The notes beneath the pieces are model-generated. The model was not told the origin of the DNA, did not search any database, and was given only the letters and a program-made list of their open reading frames with translations. The position numbers and the translations under genes are program-made. Shown in pieces: positions 30,598 through 32,000 of a stretch of DNA of 32,000 bases. Source of the DNA: Longivirga aurantiaca (GTDB taxonomy: Bacteria; Actinomycetota; Actinomycetes; S36-B12; CAIYMF01); contig NZ_JBHSTI010000008.1 of NCBI RefSeq assembly GCF_042660085.1, forward strand, positions 2,055,604 through 2,087,603, read 5' to 3'. Every line of letters starts with the position of its first letter. Positions within the stretch are counted from its first letter, which is position 1.

Positions 30598-32000
30598 TAC
30601 GACAGGACCTCGATCGCGTTGACCTGAGGGTTGTCGAGCCCGGGGACGCGACCGAACGAGATCACGACGGGGCCGGACGTGGTCACCGTGAACTCGCGGA
30701 CGACGCCGCGCCTGGCACCGCCGGCCGCCGCGAAGATGTCGAACCGCGTCAGCACCTTCGTGCCGTTGATGCTCACGTCGAACGCGCGCTTGCCCGCAGC
30801 AGTCCAGTAGTTCTCCGAGAAGTAGAGGCGCACCGTGTAGGTGCCGGCCTGCGGCACGGGCATGGTCCACACCATGTCCTTGCCGCCCGACACGTCGTAC
30901 CGGTACGTCTGGAAGAGCGCGGCCGGCGTGCCCGCGGGCACGGACGGGTCGGAGACGTTGATGGCCGACGTCGTCGACCCCGTCTTGAGCTTGGCCGCGG
31001 CGGTGTTCGCCCAGGACGAGGGCGACGACGAGGTGTCGGCCAGCCAGCCGCCGGACAGCGCCGCGCCACCGGCGTTCACGCGGTCGATGGGCGTGCCGCT
31101 CGTGAGCGGCGGGCTCACGACGACCGTGCGCGAGGCGGAGGTCGAGCCTCCGGAGTTGGTCGCCGTGAGCGTGACCACGTACGAACCGGCCGCGGTGAAG
31201 GTGTACGAGGGGTTGCGGCTCGTGCTGGTGCCGCCGTCGCCGAAGTCCCATGCCCACGAGGTCGGGGCGCCCGTGGACGTGTCGGTGAACGAGACCGTCA
31301 CCGGAGCAGTGCCCGACGTGGTCGAGGCCGTGAACGACGCGGTCGGCGGCGTCACGACGGGCTCGGACACCACGATGGTCGCGGACGCCGACGTCGAGCC
31401 GCCCGCGTTGGTCGCTGTGAGCGTGACGGTGTACGTGCCCGGCGTGGAGTAGGTGTGCGCCGGGCTTGCGACGGTGCTGGTGCCGCCGTCGCCGAAGTCC
31501 CACGCCCACGACGTGGGCGCACCGGCGGAGGTGTCGGTGAAGGACACCGTGACCGGCGCGGTGCCCGAGGTGGTGGACGACGTGAACGACGCCGTGGGCG
31601 CGGTGACCGAGGCGGTCGTGACGACGACGGTCGTGGACGCCGACGTGGAGCCGCCGTCGTTGGTCGCGGTCAGCGTGACGGTGTACGTGCCGGGATCGGC
31701 GAAGAGGTGCGACGGGTTCTGCGCGGTGCTGGTGCCGCCGTCCCCGAACGACCACGACCACGACGTGGGACCGCCCGTGGACGTGTCGGTGAACGAGACA
31801 CCGAGCGGCGCCGCACCCGTGGTGGCCGACGGCGTGAACGACGCGGTCGGAGCGGTCGGGGCGGCGGAGCCGGAGTCGGCGTACCAGTAGCGCGGCGAGA
31901 TCTCCGTCGCAGCGAGCACAACGACCCCCGAGGTCGCCGTCGCCGGCTGCTTGCTCGAGGTCGCGTTGTTCATCGTCGCGTTCGCGACGTCGCGCAGCAC
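30597..32000 (-). CDS. secreted protein with three PKD domains and a C-terminal malectin-like domain (N-terminus beyond the right edge)
   Basis: Three roughly 84-aa repeats match the PKD signature (VSFTDTS.G.PTSW.W.FGDGGTS....P.H.Y...G.Y.VTLTATN.GGS.S). The malectin pattern follows (IDRVNAGG...W.AD...YRYD...M.W..PV..GTYTVRLYF.E......GKRAFDVSINGT.VL..FDI). The ORF is open at 32000. Confidence 0.8.
   Translation of the reverse strand: MLRDVANATMNNATSSKQPATATSGVVVLAATEISPRYWYADSGSAAPTAPTASFTPSATTGAAPLGVSFTDTSTGGPTSWSWSFGDGGTSTAQNPSHLFADPGTYTVTLTATNDGGSTSASTTVVVTTASVTAPTASFTSSTTSGTAPVTVSFTDTSAGAPTSWAWDFGDGGTSTVASPAHTYSTPGTYTVTLTATNAGGSTSASATIVVSEPVVTPPTASFTASTTSGTAPVTVSFTDTSTGAPTSWAWDFGDGGTSTSRNPSYTFTAAGSYVVTLTATNSGGSTSASRTVVVSPPLTSGTPIDRVNAGGAALSGGWLADTSSSPSSWANTAAAKLKTGSTTSAINVSDPSVPAGTPAALFQTYRYDVSGGKDMVWTMPVPQAGTYTVRLYFSENYWTAAGKRAFDVSINGTKVLTRFDIFAAAGGARRGVVREFTVTTSGPVVISFGRVPGLDNPQVNAIEVLS
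31116..31850 (-). repeat. three tandem, roughly 252-bp intragenic repeats (PKD domain units)
   Basis: The repeat period is 84 codons. Units 2 and 3 are near-identical at the protein level (PTASFT.STTSGTAPVTVSFTDTS.GAPTSWAWDFGDGGTST...). Confidence 0.8.

Noticed and set aside
1-32000. Mobile elements, prophage, defence islands, toxin-antitoxin pairs, CRISPR-Cas, rRNA and tRNA
   Set aside because: I found no transposase, integrase or recombinase motifs, no terminal inverted repeats, no tRNA-like cloverleaf candidates and no nuclease/ATPase defence-type gene pairs on either strand. The only lower-GC patches are short intergenic regions.

Overview
Very high-G+C, actinobacterial-type chromosomal DNA, tightly packed with genes. 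I saw no rRNA, tRNA, CRISPR array, transposase or integrase. All family calls come from reading the translated ORFs for motifs; no searches were run.

Left third (1-13.4 kb):
- A five-gene, stop/start-overlapped operon: a NOX/ferric-reductase-like membrane flavocytochrome, a secreted FMN-binding protein, an ApbE flavin transferase, an OmpR-type response regulator and a sensor kinase.
- Housekeeping or accessory genes follow: cupin, fasciclin, DinB, crotonase, GMC oxidoreductase, PPOX-like, a UPF0104 membrane protein and a Pr6Pr-like membrane protein.
- A decayed EAL-domain gene fragment.

Middle (13.4-16.3 kb): metX-metY on the minus strand, behind a roughly 400-nt untranslated leader.

Right half (16.3-32 kb): a glycopolymer locus that looks Wzx/Wzy-dependent, entirely on the minus strand.
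- Core genes: priming phosphoglycosyl transferase, Wzy-like polymerase, a Wzz-like co-polymerase with a degenerate kinase domain, and two glycosyltransferases.
- Non-standard genes: two paralogous proteins sharing an unassigned roughly 260-aa extracytoplasmic domain, two malectin-domain secreted proteins, a flippase with a roughly 190-aa soluble C-terminal extension, an APH/choline-kinase-fold protein, and a nucleotidyltransferase-like/P-loop-kinase fusion.
- These non-standard genes are the most likely place for undescribed biology.

Several intergenic regions share short exact motifs and strong hairpins.

Many long ORFs in the supplied track are alternate-frame shadows typical of high-GC DNA, or N-terminal over-extensions that merge neighbouring genes. 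I trimmed or rejected these.
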